Below are positions 13,101 through 25,839 of a DNA stretch of 64,000 bases, piece after piece. A model generated the notes under the pieces. That model had not been told where the DNA came from, did not search any database, and worked only from the letters and a program-made list of their open reading frames with translations. The DNA is from Lytechinus pictus (lineage: Eukaryota). Position 1 is the stretch's first letter. Every line of letters begins with the position of its first letter. The position numbers and the translations under genes were made by a program. The stretch is from contig NC_087245.1 in assembly GCF_037042905.1 (NCBI RefSeq), forward strand, positions 40,302,001-40,366,000, read 5' to 3'.

Positions 13101-16100
13101 TAGACAATTATTCTACGCTTGAGAATGTATAGTTTTGTGTGGAATTATTCATTCGAGGTTGGACAGTGTGCCTTTACAATTGAAAGATATTCTTTTAACT
13201 TTTTTATGAGGCACTGTGAATGAAGATGAATAATGGGATTTAATGACCTGTGCATTAAAAAAAAAAATTTTTATGAAAATTAATAAGTCTTAAATTGATG
13301 TTTCGTGACAATAATTTGGGATAACAAAAGGATTACAAATTCAGGTAGTCTATATCATTTATAGCTCGTGAATACGACAGATGGATATCTTAAAATTTTT
13401 TCATGAATTTCACCAACTTTTTAAGCCGAAGGAAATTGGAAATAACAAATATTTTGGAAATATATTTTTAAGGTGTAAAAGAAGGATATTGGTGACAATA
13501 TTAGACTTGAAACCCCAAAATCAATGGATATTTTTTCTTAGTACAGTTTGTCCTATCATGACTGACAAAGAATGACGTAGAGAAAGCCATTCCCAGTGGC
13601 ACCATATATTTTACCCCTAAAATATTCTTCTTATACAGTATTGTATTTCACTGATTTTACCTTACAAGAATAAATGCAATATTACTTAGGGCCAGATTCT
13701 GCAAGCAGCACTAACTGAACAGCATCTTTCTTCAACAACAAAAAAAGCAGTTTGTATAATACTAACTAACACTTTCTAAGTCATAACAGACCTCTTTTCT
13801 TAAAATTAAATATACTCTCAATTTTACATTATTTTCAATTATCTGTTTTCATGTATTCCTATTATAACAACCTTTTGTCTGATACTTTTGATATTTTTCA
13901 AACCATTAAAGAGATACTAGAAATTCAGCCGAATACTCATGCAATTTATGGTCATTATTCTTTCTCAAACAAGTACGGGTCCCATTATTTGGAATAAGCC
14001 CTCTCAAAATATTAAACAGTGAAAAACTCTTCATGTACAAAGCTTTAGAAGACATTCAAAGATCCATTTAAATGCAGAAAGTGTAATTTATATAGATTCA
14101 GTTATATTTATGTTATATTTGTTTGTTCTGGATTTCCTAACTGTATATATTTCAATTGTGTTGTTTTTAAGTTAAATCATTGTGTAATTTCAGGATCATT
14201 CATTCATAAGTTTTTTTCAACTTTGCTGTGATCCTTCCACTATTCTTGTAAATATTCTCATGTTATAATGTAGTTTATTTGAAATATTCCATATTTCTTC
14301 ATTTGTATGTTTCTATGAAAGTGGTGGTAAATAGAGTTTCAATTTCAAGGTAATGGCCCGAAGCCTTTCTTGGCAGCAAGGAACATTGTAAATCACCTTT
14401 GGACTTTGAGTGACTAGGACTTTAAAAAGATCATAACATGATCATGTTTGGCAGTCAACCCTGCAAAATTAAGGCCCATAAAGTGCATACAAAGCTATTG
14501 AACATTAAATCTACAGAAACAGTTGTGTTTACATTATGACTGTAGTTTAGATCACTCAAAATAAAGATAAACAGGTGAAAATTCTTCAATAACTGTTCAA
14601 GTAACTCCATTCTGGGGGAAATATGTGAGTGTAACACCCCCCTCTTCTAGTATTTGCACATCTGTAATGCCAGCTGCTGATAATTACATGTATGGGGAAC
14701 TTGGTCGCCCGCGCGAAGTGCGACACTACACCTTTTGCTCTCGAGCTACACGCGACCGTGCGTGCGACCATGCCCCCCAGAAACCCTCCACACGTACAGG
14801 ATCGACCCGCAACCAGGCGCCATTCACATGTTCACAGCTTCTACTGTTCACTTCTCGCAACCACTCATCACGCATATATAGTCAAGTCCATACGGCGATT
14901 CCAAGATACAAACCTTCTGAGTTACTCCAAGTTCTGCTACCAATCACCGAGTTCAACGTATACAGTTATATCCGAGTCTTCGACCTTGTTCTCTCTAAGA
15001 CGGACTGACCCAGGATTAAGGTAAGTAGAATTCTTGGTAATCCAGCTAGGCAATAATCCATATAGTTAGGTTACTATATATTGGCGCTGCGTATGAACAC
15101 GACTCTGCGCTGGTTTTTTAAATGCAGAGAAGCAAGCAGCGTAGAAGAATAATTGAGCTAAACATCGTTTAAGTACTTAAAAGTAGGAAAAAAATTGTAG
15201 CGTAGGGCGGTAAAGTAGTTCGCAGTCTATATAAATTGTTTACATTTGGATTCAATCCACCGTCCTAGCGATATATATCTTGATTACATTTATCTTAATC
15301 AAATAATAGCAGTGTTTTAGGGCTTATTTTCAGCGTTTTGCGTAGGTTTTAAACCCTTTCACTATCCCCTTAATCCAGTTTAAATTTTGGGTGTGGCAGG
15401 ACGCCAGGTAGGGCACGTCATTTATGCAAATAGCTTTAAACGTTTTCTATTGTTCGCCGCTCACCACATTCTTTTGTTTGTTAGGGCTGAGTGTATGCCT
15501 TGCCTGAGAGTTGCTTGGGGTGTGGTTCGGGTGATGAATTTATATTTACCCCCTTTCCCTGTTAGGATTTAATTAAATTAGGATCTAAATTTTGATGTAG
15601 GATAATTAAATTTAGGAATTGTACGTAACTGAGATATATATTTATGGTTGAATTTGGCTGTTGGTGATTTGATAATTGCGTGATTGGTGAAGGATCGTAT
15701 TGCTTAACCTGACTTCCCCCCCCCCCCCTTTAGCTGTAGCAGACGACGACGTGGGATCTTCGTACTCTTTAAAAATCTGTATTACATGCCCTCTCATAGA
15801 AAGAATACATGATCTACTGACAGATGTGATAAAACTAAAAGAGGCAGTTATTTAAGTGAAATATATAGAAAAGTAATGGGAAAGTTGTTCACAAGTGACA
15901 TCACACATCTGTCGCATTGCCAATTCGAGGATCTACATTATGATAATGATCTAAACTTCAAATGCTCATAACTTTCTTATTATTTATTCAATTTTTCTCA
16001 AACTTTTTTAGATCTGTTTCTTTTATTTTTGTGTTTTAACACAGCCACAGGCTATCTTTTTTCAAAGGGTTTATCTTCCTTTATTTAAGTTTGCATTCGG

Positions 16101-16738
16101 ATCAACCAGGGAAGTGGGAGTTGCGCGACAGCCGAAGTAAGTCACCGTTTTTTCCCCTTTTAAATTGATTTTTTCCCGTTTTGGTGCGTTTCACTTTCAG
16201 GCCAAAACGTAATAATCTTCATTTTGGTCCAGTTCTTTTCATTTATTTTTATGAAATAAAGACAAAACTTGAGTTGATGAGCCCCGTTGGGGGGATATTG
16301 CATTGTTATGGTGGCTGCACGATAGCAAGCCGTCTGTGTACGAGGAGAAATAAAAAAAATAAATGTTAAAAATCTCCTCGAAACAGACGGCTGCCACTCC
16401 AGCTGTCCACGCTCGGCCGAGTCGAGTATCAGGCCTCGAGACAACTTCTTCGCCTGCGGCTGCGTTTCCCGGGCGAAGCTCATGGCGTTACGCTTACCCT
16501 AATTTACACGAGACAAGTCCAGTTGCTCCTGTTCCCGCTCCCAACTCCAACAATCTCCTGCTCTTCAGCTCACCAAATCGTCGGCCGAATTCTTCTGTTT
16601 CAAGATATTTGGAAAGCACCAATGCTGCATCCCAAACCACGCAGCCAACATCTCCAACATAGCTTTGTTGGATCGTCAAACAAGTCCCATCTTCGCATTC
16701 GATTTCTCGCGGGTACGGTACAGCTGCGACTCGTCCAT
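7004..16738 (-). CDS. VCPKMT: Protein N-lysine methyltransferase METTL21D / VCP-KMT, 5 coding exons, about 216 aa once a 5-bp insertion in exon 1 is removed (possible null allele or assembly error)
   Basis: Exons 16738-16498, 12905-12795, 12023-11951, 9447-9328 and 7114-7004; all GT-AG with matching phases. Translation includes GDVGCVVWDAALVLSKYLE, LLELGAGTG (SAM motif I), VILTDL, KVLKWG, LMSDCVYY, CCYEERT and YNSDEIHV, matching METTL21D as I recall it. Confidence 0.93.
9328..9447 (-). CDS. VCPKMT: VCPKMT exon 4
   Basis: AVEPLVKTLCDLSKDGAAILCCYEERTIGQNAEAHQLFDK; acceptor aatag, donor gtaagg. Confidence 0.92.
9872..10481. mobile_element. TTAA-flanked MITE
   Basis: TTAAAGGTATGCTCCG ... CGGAGCATCCCTTTAA; related to 30223-31037 and 53415-53635. 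Confidence 0.75.
10831..11109. mobile_element. PIF/Harbinger-like MITE with CWG flanks
   Basis: CTG-AGGCCCCGTCTTACAAA ... TTTGTAAGACGGGGCC-CAG; other copies at 33057, 36908, 24525 and a partial copy near 5300-5465. Confidence 0.75.
11686..11920 (-). mobile_element. tRNA-derived SINE
   Basis: A box GTGGTCTAGTGG, B box GGTTCGAATC, core GAGGTGAATGGGTACC, (ATT)n tail. Confidence 0.75.
11951..12023 (-). CDS. VCPKMT: VCPKMT exon 3
   Basis: GEDISDINPLPELVLMSDCVYYPE (DxxY motif); acceptor atag, donor gttagt. Confidence 0.92.
12100..12305. repeat. 21-bp minisatellite (ATAAGCTACCAAAATCTTGTT)
   Basis: About 8-9 degenerate tandem units in VCPKMT intron 2. Confidence 0.85.
12795..12905 (-). CDS. VCPKMT: VCPKMT exon 2
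   Basis: SEVILTDLEEFVPLMELNIKNNKSALNGSAAAKVLKW; acceptor tctag, donor gtatgg. Confidence 0.92.
14630..15786 (+). mobile_element. Possible truncated LTR retrotransposon (LTR + PBS + leader)
   Basis: GC-richer block starting TGTAAC, GGTTAC near 15070, then PBS-like TGGCGCTGCG (15082-15091). No clean TSD and no gag/pol seen. Confidence 0.4.
16498..16738 (-). CDS. VCPKMT: VCPKMT exon 1 (frameshifted by GGTAC duplication at 16712-16721)
   Basis: MDESQLY/PREIECEDGTCLTIQQSYVGDVGCVVWDAALVLSKYLE...LLELGAGTGATGLVSCKLG; donor GG|GTAAG. Confidence 0.9.
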
Positions 16739-16749
16739 GTTTTTTTTTT

Positions 16750-16815
16750 CTTGTGACGTCATTTCCGAACGAGCAAGTACAAAGTGGGCGTGGCAAGACA
16801 AACTGCCCCCACCCA
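16750..16815 (-). promoter_or_regulatory. Putative VCPKMT proximal promoter (ETS-CRE composite)
   Basis: CGGAAATGACGTCAC just upstream of the ATG (CRE at 16754-16761), plus GC-box-like GGGCGTGGC. Confidence 0.5.
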
Positions 16816-16860
16816 TTCCCTTCCTTTTGTTGTTCTTTTCTCCTGCATCACCCCTCTCTC

Positions 16861-18590
16861 CACTGGCGTAAATCCGTGTTGAGGGGTGGGGGGGATGACT
16901 GAAATATTTTGGAATTTTTTTTGCAATCATGTTTTTAGATATGCAAGGAATTGTAATTGATATGTCCACAGTGGCGTACCGTGGGTCACGGCATTGTGGG
17001 GGCACCAGCAAAATCTTTGAATCACTGAGTGAGCGCGCGAAGCGCGCTCAGTTGCTAGTTATTCTGACCTAATAGAGATATTTTAAGGACAATGTCATTG
17101 AACGGATATGTATCTCACTGATCAAATTATGCGAGCGCGAAGCGCGAGCTGAATTTTTTTAATATTCACACCTAAAAAGGGACATTATAATCAAATTTGC
17201 GTAATCATGATAGTTACCTGTCTCGCTAAACAATGCGAGCGCGAAGCGCGAGCTGAAATTTTCGTATATTTTGACCCCAAACAGCGAGATTTTAAGGAAT
17301 ATATTTTAGGAATCCATTAAGAGTATGCATATCTCACCATAGTCATCTAATGCGAGTGCCAAGCGCTTGCTGATTTTAGTAGAATTACATCTGAACACAT
17401 GAAACACTTTTTTGTAGTCATTGCAATCATGATTATCATACGCATCTCACTAATCAAATATTGCGAGCGTGAGGCGCGAGCAGAAAATTTAGATAAGTTA
17501 GATAATTCAGACCTGAAGTGGGGCATTCTAAGGTTTCTTTGTAGGAATTAACTTGGACCATACGTATTTCATTAACCAAATGATGCGAGTGCGAAGCGCG
17601 AGCTGAAAATTTTTGATATTCATATCAGAAAAAGGGACATTTTAAGGACTGATTTTAGGAATTCATGAAGAGCAGACATATCTCACCAATCCACTAATGC
17701 GAACGTAATCACGGACAGGAAATGTTTTTATATATACGAAGACCTTAACATGGGGCAATCACTTTTTGAGTCATGTAAAAGAAGCATAGGCCTATGTCAC
17801 TACATAAAACAATGATAACTCAAGTGCTAGGAAATATATTTGGTTTATATTGACTTGAAAACGGGATGTTTTAGTACAACAGGATTATCGTTGAACAGAC
17901 AATGCGAGCACCAGGAACAATGAAGACGTAGGCCCTGGGCAAATTATGTTTCATAAAGTTATGATAAAAATGTTTCTTATGTAATGTAACATAACATAAT
18001 TATAATATAATATAACATTATAATGAATAATACTTTCTTCTTTCCCACTACGTTTCTTTTCCTTTCTCCCTCTTTTCTCTTTTTCCCCATTTCCCCGGGG
18101 TTTTTTTGTCAGCCGATGGGGGGAGCATGTGCCTCCCATGCCCCCCCCCCCGTAGTTACGCCACTGTATGTCCATATGGCAAATACCCCTCCAATATTAT
18201 TATTTTTTTACCCCATGATGGTTTAATGGTTTTATTAGAGATTACATTAAAAAAATTTTGACATTCCATCTTAATCCCTTCCCAAAGACCCCAACATTGA
18301 TGAATTGGAAGAAACGGGGGTTTCTCTTCAATGTTATAATAAGGACATAAGTATTTCGTTTGGAAATGGTGAACTGGCTCTTTATTTGCATTTTATGATT
18401 CAATAATATTGTTTTATTTGTTAAGCGGTATTTTAGGAAGAATTTTCACCAATAAAACAATTATCTCTTGTGATTTTTTTTTTATTTCTTTCGTAAAAAG
18501 TGGGGGGGGGGATGATTGTACAGGCCATCCCCCCCTCCTCGAAAAGTGGGGGGATATATCCCCCCATCCCCCCCGGGATTTACGCCAGTG
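16861..18590. mobile_element. Non-autonomous hAT element (outer)
   Basis: TIR CACTGGCGTAAATCC / GGATTTACGCCAGTG; perfect 8-bp TSD CCTCTCTC. Confidence 0.88.
16969..18166. mobile_element. Non-autonomous hAT element nested in the above, with ~110-120-bp internal GCGAGCGCGAAGCGCGAGC repeats
   Basis: TIR CAGTGGCGTA / TACGCCACTG; perfect 8-bp TSD TATGTCCA. Confidence 0.9.
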
Positions 18591-19347
18591 CCTCTCTCTC
18601 ATCTTGTTTCTTTTCACCTTCCATCTTATTGCGATCTCTTTTGACCTTTTAAAATGTTGATAATATAATTTAATGTTATTCATTAAGCGGCCCAATACAA
18701 TAATCTCAATTATTTTCAGGATCCATGAATAAAATAATCCCCTAAAAGTACCCGCGTCTACTGTTCCAGTTAAAAATTATATGAAACATTTACTTTTATC
18801 AGGTGTCCAATACAAATAAAAATATAATTTATTTCTTCTAGGTCCACGGTATGGGCTGAAAATGTCAGGATATGATCAATGTATGTATAGCCTTCTTAAA
18901 TTATGATTTTTTTTTTAGTAGTACATATCTGTTAGGGTTATAATATCACTCATGAGAGCTGCATATACATTTTTTTCATAAAAATGTTAAAAAGAACACA
19001 TGATAAACTGAATGGTGGAAGATATAAAAATAACACCAATATGGCTGTTTAAAAGAGAAGCATTACCAAGACAATGATAACCTCTAATAGGCAATTTAGT
19101 TATTAGACCATAAGTGGTAAGGACCTCTTTTCTATTTGTCATGAAATTAATTATCAGAAATATTTGGTTTTCTTCTTAGTACCTTTCTTTTTGGTTAGTT
19201 ATCAAAATATGGCAGCGATAGCATTTCAATATATAAATTCACAAAAGAAAAAAAAAATCTAAATAAAACTTTTGAAAAAGACGTTGGAACAAGGGTCGAA
19301 CATAGAGTCATCATTGAGATAATGAGAATGGTTGAAAATTACAAAGA

Positions 19348-20950
19348 AAACTAGATTTTAATTCGTCATGCGGACGAATTAGGTGGTCTGTCCTTATTCT
19401 CGCCATCATGATCACCATTACCATGTTCCAGCAGATCAATATGATCTTCATGATGACAACGGAATGTTCATTATGGATGGAATACTTGTGAAAGACGGGA
19501 GATGATAAAGCACTGTGAAAATGGTCTCTTTGATATATGACAATACATGTGATATGAAAAAAGTAATTATAGTCTGTTTTATCTTGCTAAATTTTAACTT
19601 TTATACCTTTTAATTATCATAAAGGATCATGTACGAGGTGGTAAAAAAGAAAAAAAAATGAAAAAAAAAATCATCTTGTTTACCCCAGGACTCGAACCTG
19701 CGCCCCCGAGAACGCAAGTCAAGTGCGTTATCCATTGAGCCACGACATTCCCCATAGAGATTACACGTAAGCAAATTTGAGAATTGCAAATCCAATTTTG
19801 CAAGCAAAAAACGGGCATGATCCCGGCATCTGATCAAATAATGGAGGGCAATTTCCAAAAGCTTAGAATCTCAGCTACAACATGTTAAAAGCTCAGGGAT
19901 AACTAACAAGAAAAAATGGAGATATAGCTCACGAAATAGAGGAATGTAGAATCTAGTTTTGAGAAAAAGTCATGTCCCATAGAGATTACACGCAAAATGA
20001 GGAAAAATGACATGCCTCTTTTGATCGCTATTTTACGCCATGATGCATTTTTCAAAATGAAAATTTATGCGAACTAAGGAGAATAAGTACATTCTAAACT
20101 ACAACATATTGAAAATTGGGCGAAAATTGACCAATATTCACGGAGTTAAAGCCTAATTTGCATAATTATTATGACGTCATAAGAAGGAAAATGGATATTT
20201 TAACTTCCGACGCCATTATGATGATGTCATGATCAAATTGAGGGACAATGGTGACATGAAATCAAATCTACAACTCATACTCTATCAATATATGAAAAAG
20301 AATGGGGGTCAACGCACTATTTAAAGAGCTACAGTGAATTTTTAATAGGCATGTTTTTGCCCATATATGGCCTATAGTAAGAGCTCGCGCGCACACGTGC
20401 TGCAAACATTAACGGGTGTTAATTTCGTTATTAGTGGTCGTAGAAGGTTGATGAAGGTATCAAATTGCTCAGAATTATATTATCAATGCAATGATATAAA
20501 AAAAACGGCGTTTCTGCGTTGCGTTGAAGGCGTTACGCGCGGAAACGCGCGCGCATACGTGTGCGTGCGCAAATTTTTGAAATGCTTAAAATGACCTGAA
20601 ACGTACTCTACTTTGGTCAAAAAGTGATTTTGAGCAATTTGAAATTTTGACGAGCGCGTACGCGCGCGTCGTGACCACCAGGTTACCTTTGATGACATGA
20701 ACTGTTGACCCTTGACCTGAAGTTAATGTGATGTAAATATTGTTAATTTTTGATAATTGATAATGGAGATATGATTGATAATGTGATTTTACAAAATGGC
20801 GTCTAGATGACGTCATCATGACCTGATGACCTTGAAAATGTTATTTTCACGTCTTATGACAATGACCTTTGACTGTGCCAAAATTGAAAGAAATTGACAA
20901 AACCTATCTGGAGTTATCCTTGGAACAAAAAATTGGCGGAAATAAAAATA

Positions 20951-20998
<48 letters not shown>

Positions 20999-21060
20999 GA
21001 AGAAAGAAAATTCTGACAAAACTAATAGGTGATCTGTCGTTGACAGACCACCTAATAAAA
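19348..21060. mobile_element. Helentron/HINE (Pearl/DINE-1-like) non-autonomous element
   Basis: Subterminal IR TTAGGTGGTCTGTC (about 19379) vs GACAGACCACCTAA (about 21042), 3' hairpin, (AAT)n at 20952-20996, A-rich flanks. Confidence 0.6.
19680..19750 (-). pseudogene. tRNA-like (Arg-like) pseudogene or Pol III promoter inside the HINE element
   Basis: A box TGGCTCAATGG, B box GGTTCGAGTCC, T-run downstream; acceptor and anticodon stems pair poorly. Confidence 0.5.
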
Positions 21061-22309
21061 ACAGAAAGAGAACATAATTCGGTTGAATAAATCACATTAT
21101 TGAAGCAAATGGTGAAGTTGCCATTACCCTAAATCATGACATCATCTATGCAGCCACTTTGGGTAAAGATATAAAATTTTACAACTTTTAAACAATCTTA
21201 ATCGTCGTCATATTTGTCAGATTTGTTCAACTTTTCACCTATATCTGCTTATTTGATTTACTCTTTTATCTTTTTAAGAACTACAGGCTGAGTTGACCCC
21301 CCCCCCCCTTAACTGCTAAGATAACACTATCATCCCTCATGATCAATATCACTTCTTACACATATTCATACAATAAACATACATATACATCAGGTACACA
21401 ATGTATTAATTTTTATCAAAATAGCATTAATTTAATAAAATTTCTAAATAGATTTTCAAGATTTAAAAAAATGTGAACAAATGAAGTTAAGTACCTCTCA
21501 TAAATTTCAAATATTACAAAAGTAGAAGCTGATTTCTACAGAAAATTTCAGAAAGGCATGAAGGTATGCTATTACAGTCATTCAAAATATAAACATTCAC
21601 GAAATAAAACACTTCCACGGAATCAACATGAATTGAATAAGCATCAACCATGCATTGCATATTAACTCCTCTTATAACAAAATTAAAGCGATGATAGGAT
21701 TGCTGAAATGTATGTCATCAGTCATATATTGATGCAGTGTAGATATATATATATTGTCTGGAATCACATAGTCACTTAATTACTATCATAATCAAAGTAA
21801 AGCATACATACAAATAAACAGCATAATTTTTGCCAATTTTCACTTTTCATAACTACTCTTGATATTCTTACATTTCTAATTAGAATTATGAATATTATTT
21901 CTAAAAGGGAAAAGCCCGACCTGAAACGATCACGTTGGTATAATAGATACAGAAAACTGGGACACATCATCAGTGGGTGTTTCATTCAGTGTCTTGTCAG
22001 TGATCTTCACTGAAAGCTGTTATAAGCTACTGAAATCCTTCCATCTGATTGGCTGATATCAAATTTGTCAGAAAAATTCATGGAAAAGGTACTTCATGAA
22101 ACACTCAGCTGGGTCCCATAACACAGAGCCTTTACAATCAAATAATACATATGATTGATTGTACATTGTGGTAATTGCAATGAAATGTAAAGCTTTATTC
22201 TACTGGTATACCATTGCAAAGCTTGACAACATGGGCTCTGTACAAGTAGTATGGGAAAATGTCGTTCACATTTAAAGTTAGAAAATGGAGTTATGAAGAT
22301 AAGATTAAT

Positions 22310-22889
22310 CAAAGGGGAATCCAGCCTTGGTCATAAAATGTTGTGTTGGGAAGGAGAAAAATAATTTAAACGGATTGGTGAAAATTTGAAAGAAATCAGC
22401 CAAGAAATAAGGAAGTTATGGCTGCTCTAAAATTGAGATCCCTAAGACTATGTAGATTTCAAATTGGCAACTGGGTAAGTACATTATGACAAGGGGCAAG
22501 GACAACTTCCCTATAGGCCATGTAATCAATTATCAGGGACTTGTGGTTTTCTCCTAAGTACCCATTCCCCTGGGGCAGTAATCTAAAATTATATCTCTGG
22601 TAGCATATTGTTTTACGTCCTTATAGATGAAAAATATAATTTGAAGTAAAACTTTTGCAAAAAGTGACATTTTAGCAATTATATGTATTGGAGTATATGG
22701 AAGAATAGTCATTGCCTTACATCAATTTGACATCACACATGCTGCCAATTTGAAGTCTCCATGTGTAAAGTGATAACCAATTTTTACAAATTTTAAAAAT
22801 TCATAATTATTGTTTGTCCACTATTGTTCAAACTTTCACCTAACAACTTGTCTGACTTTTCTTTTTCCTCTGAAAAGCAAGTTTTTATT
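22310..22889. mobile_element. TTAA-type MITE
   Basis: AAAGGGGAATCCAGCC ... GGTTGGATTCCCCTTT. Confidence 0.65.
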
Positions 22890-24749
22890 TGGGTTGGATT
22901 CCCCTTTATTAAAGCAATGTCATAACATCATGAACTTGGGTGCTTTCCTCATATGTACTCTGAACGAAATTAACAGAGATTTGCATGGATACAGAAACTA
23001 AATGTCATACATGTATCGATATTGTAAATGCATTTCTAGGAAAACCCTTGCATGGATAATTCTGAATAAAAATCAGTAGAATTTCACATAGATATGAAAT
23101 TAAAGCGGCATTAACCAATTATTTCAGATGTTTTAAAACCTTCAACTATGTGAATATACTGAGCTCTACTTCTGCCAACATCTAAACCAGTCAGCTCTAA
23201 TGTACATTACTACTGATACATCTTATTTCAGTACATGTGAATTTTTTTCAAAGTATGGAACATTCTGAATCGAAGGCTTAATAAACTTACTGAAATTTGA
23301 TTATGTGTTGTACAAGGATAAACAGACTGGAATATTGATGAATCAATATGATTTCATGTTATCATCAATATATGTTCATTGTTAATTAAGGACATTGTGC
23401 AAATCTAACCCTGAGAAATATTAACATTAAAAATAAATAATTATAAAATAGTTTCTTAAAGGGAAACCATTTTCCAAAATAAAATTAAATAGTTTTGTAT
23501 ACAAGAAGTTACAAACGAAACAGGCTACTGCCATTCCTGAAATGACAATATATTCCTAAAACTATACCATAACTTTTCTTAGTAAAACTAGTATAAGCTT
23601 AGTATGAACTTTGTCTGAACTGAAATATTCTTCAGTAATTATTCACGGAGGTTGAGACTAAAGATTGATAAAACTAATTCAATACAAAAATGCAGCAACC
23701 AATATTCAAACACATTAATCTGTTACTTCTCCTCAACTATCCTGAAATAAGTTTAACTACCGGGTATCTATCAATGCATGAATGTACAAATAAAAAGTCC
23801 AAACAGATTACGTGCAAATATGACTAACCAAAGAGAGTGAAATTAAAAAGCTAATGTTTGATAATCTATATCGAGTATAAAATTAATATATCAAAATATA
23901 AATTTACCTCTATAATCAAAACCCTAATAAATATCCCATATACACACATTTTACAAGATTATTTAACAATAACATCAATACCTTTCATTAAATATTTCCA
24001 TTAATGTATCTTGATACTTTAAATAAAATGTAATTGAATACGTAAAACTGTATGTAAGGCACATAGATATATATTGTTGACAATGTTTGCTAACACTCAC
24101 TACATAGAGTTTCCCTACAAGCAGCAATGTTGGAGTACTAAAATAGAAACCTGTGCATCAAACTGATGAATCATTCTCTTAATGGTCAGATACGCAGGCA
24201 TCCTACAGTCGCATGTAGAATTATTCAACCGTGTGGTATTATAAGTATGTGTTTCGCAAAATTTAGGTTTGGTTTAATGGAATGAAACATCTGACATAAA
24301 TATTGTTGCAGAAAACCTATGAACACAATCCATGCAGGACATTTTATGCTCAAATTCAATTTGTTGAAACAGACCCAAAAGGTAAGCGATTCATCGCTAA
24401 TTTGAAAGAACAATTCTGATTGGTTCATAGTCAGTCTACTGAGCAAAATGTGCATGCAACGATGATCTTGATAGGCCATTTCTTTTAGCGATTAATCGCT
24501 AACCTTTGTGTTACGGAGCCCCGGACACCATCTTACAAAGAGTTGCGATTGATCTGATCAACCACAACGATGGATAGCCACCAATGCCATCGTATAAAAA
24601 GCAAGTTTGTTCAAAATTTTATCTTGATATGATGTACATTCATACTTTCATCATTGTCTTGACAAATCACAGTACTTCCCCTTTGTAAACGAAGGACATT
24701 GTCAAAATTTCTTGGAGGAAGAATTTTGACAATGATGGATTTTCATATA

Positions 24750-25384
24750 CCGTGTGAGTAAAAAAAAAATTGACACCTCACAAATCCCAAATTTAAGGAA
24801 AAAATATGTCATGAATGCATAATTATTATATATGGCAGAAAGAGTATCCTTTCCCAAATAATTTGACACCATATTTATGTGGTATGTATTCATGCTTAGT
24901 GGAAAAGCAGTAGCTATTTTTTGCAGTGATGTAAATTTTGATTTGCACCAAAGGCATGACTGCAATTAATGAATCCAGATGCCAATGTCATAATCCCACA
25001 GGAGTTAGTAAATATATTTGCAAATCTCTTTTCAATTAAATTAACTTGAGAATAGATACTAAAAAGTGTTTATAAAACAATCATAATGTAAATCATTGAA
25101 AAGGTGTTTCCAAATGGATTTTCATGCAACCGTTATAGGATTATGACATCATTCACATCTGTATTCATTCATTGCAGTTACGCCTTACTTTGGTACAAAT
25201 ATTTAAATCACTGCAAAGAATACCTCCTGATCATCCAAGTGTTAACACATACCACATAAATATGGTATCAAATTATTTGGGCGAACCTACTCTTTCAGGC
25301 CATAGATAATGATTATGTTTTACTGCATTTCCTCCCCTTCAGTTGGAGATTTGTGAGGTGTCAGGTTTATTTTTAATCACACAG
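24750..25384. mobile_element. Tc1/mariner-type MITE nested in a Harbinger-like MITE (about 24525-25432)
   Basis: TA|CCGTGTGAGT...TGACACCTCACAAAT and ATTTGTGAGGTGTCA...ATCACACAG|TA; the host sequence rejoins across the TA. Confidence 0.75.
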
Positions 25385-25436
25385 TAGTTAATATTGATCA
25401 GATCAATTGGAACTCTTTGTAAGACAGGATCCATAT

Positions 25437-25839
25437 TTAAAGGGAAATTCCAGTAGTTGCAGTAAACACTGATTTCATGAGAAAGTCTGTAAAACCAGGC
25501 TTAACTGTCAGTATATCATCGAGGATCTAGATCTGGTACAGTGACATAAACTGAACTTTGTGAAATCTTGAAATCTACGCTGAAAAATGTTCAGACTGAA
25601 CTTTCCCAACACAGATAAGCGCACGTGGGACAGTGTATAATTATTGCTTTGAGCGTCGGGCCCGACGCTCTACCCGAATCCTGTGCTTATTTGCTGATTT
25701 CTCAGCAATTACACAATTTCTTCCAGAATCCTTTGGCACATGCGTTTTATTCATACAAACAGACACTTTGGTGGTCATTTCATTGGATTCTGTACGAACT
25801 CATTTTGATATCGTTACCAAAACTAGCATTTACCTTTAA
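25437..25839. mobile_element. TTAA-flanked MITE
   Basis: TTAAAGGGAAATTCCAGT ... ACTAGCATTTACCTTTAA. Confidence 0.65.

Noticed and set aside
19680..19750. Functional tRNA gene
   Set aside because: Acceptor and anticodon stems do not pair well; listed as a tRNA-like pseudogene instead.
20816..21095. Poly-I and poly-Y ORFs
   Set aside because: Translations of an (AAT)n microsatellite.
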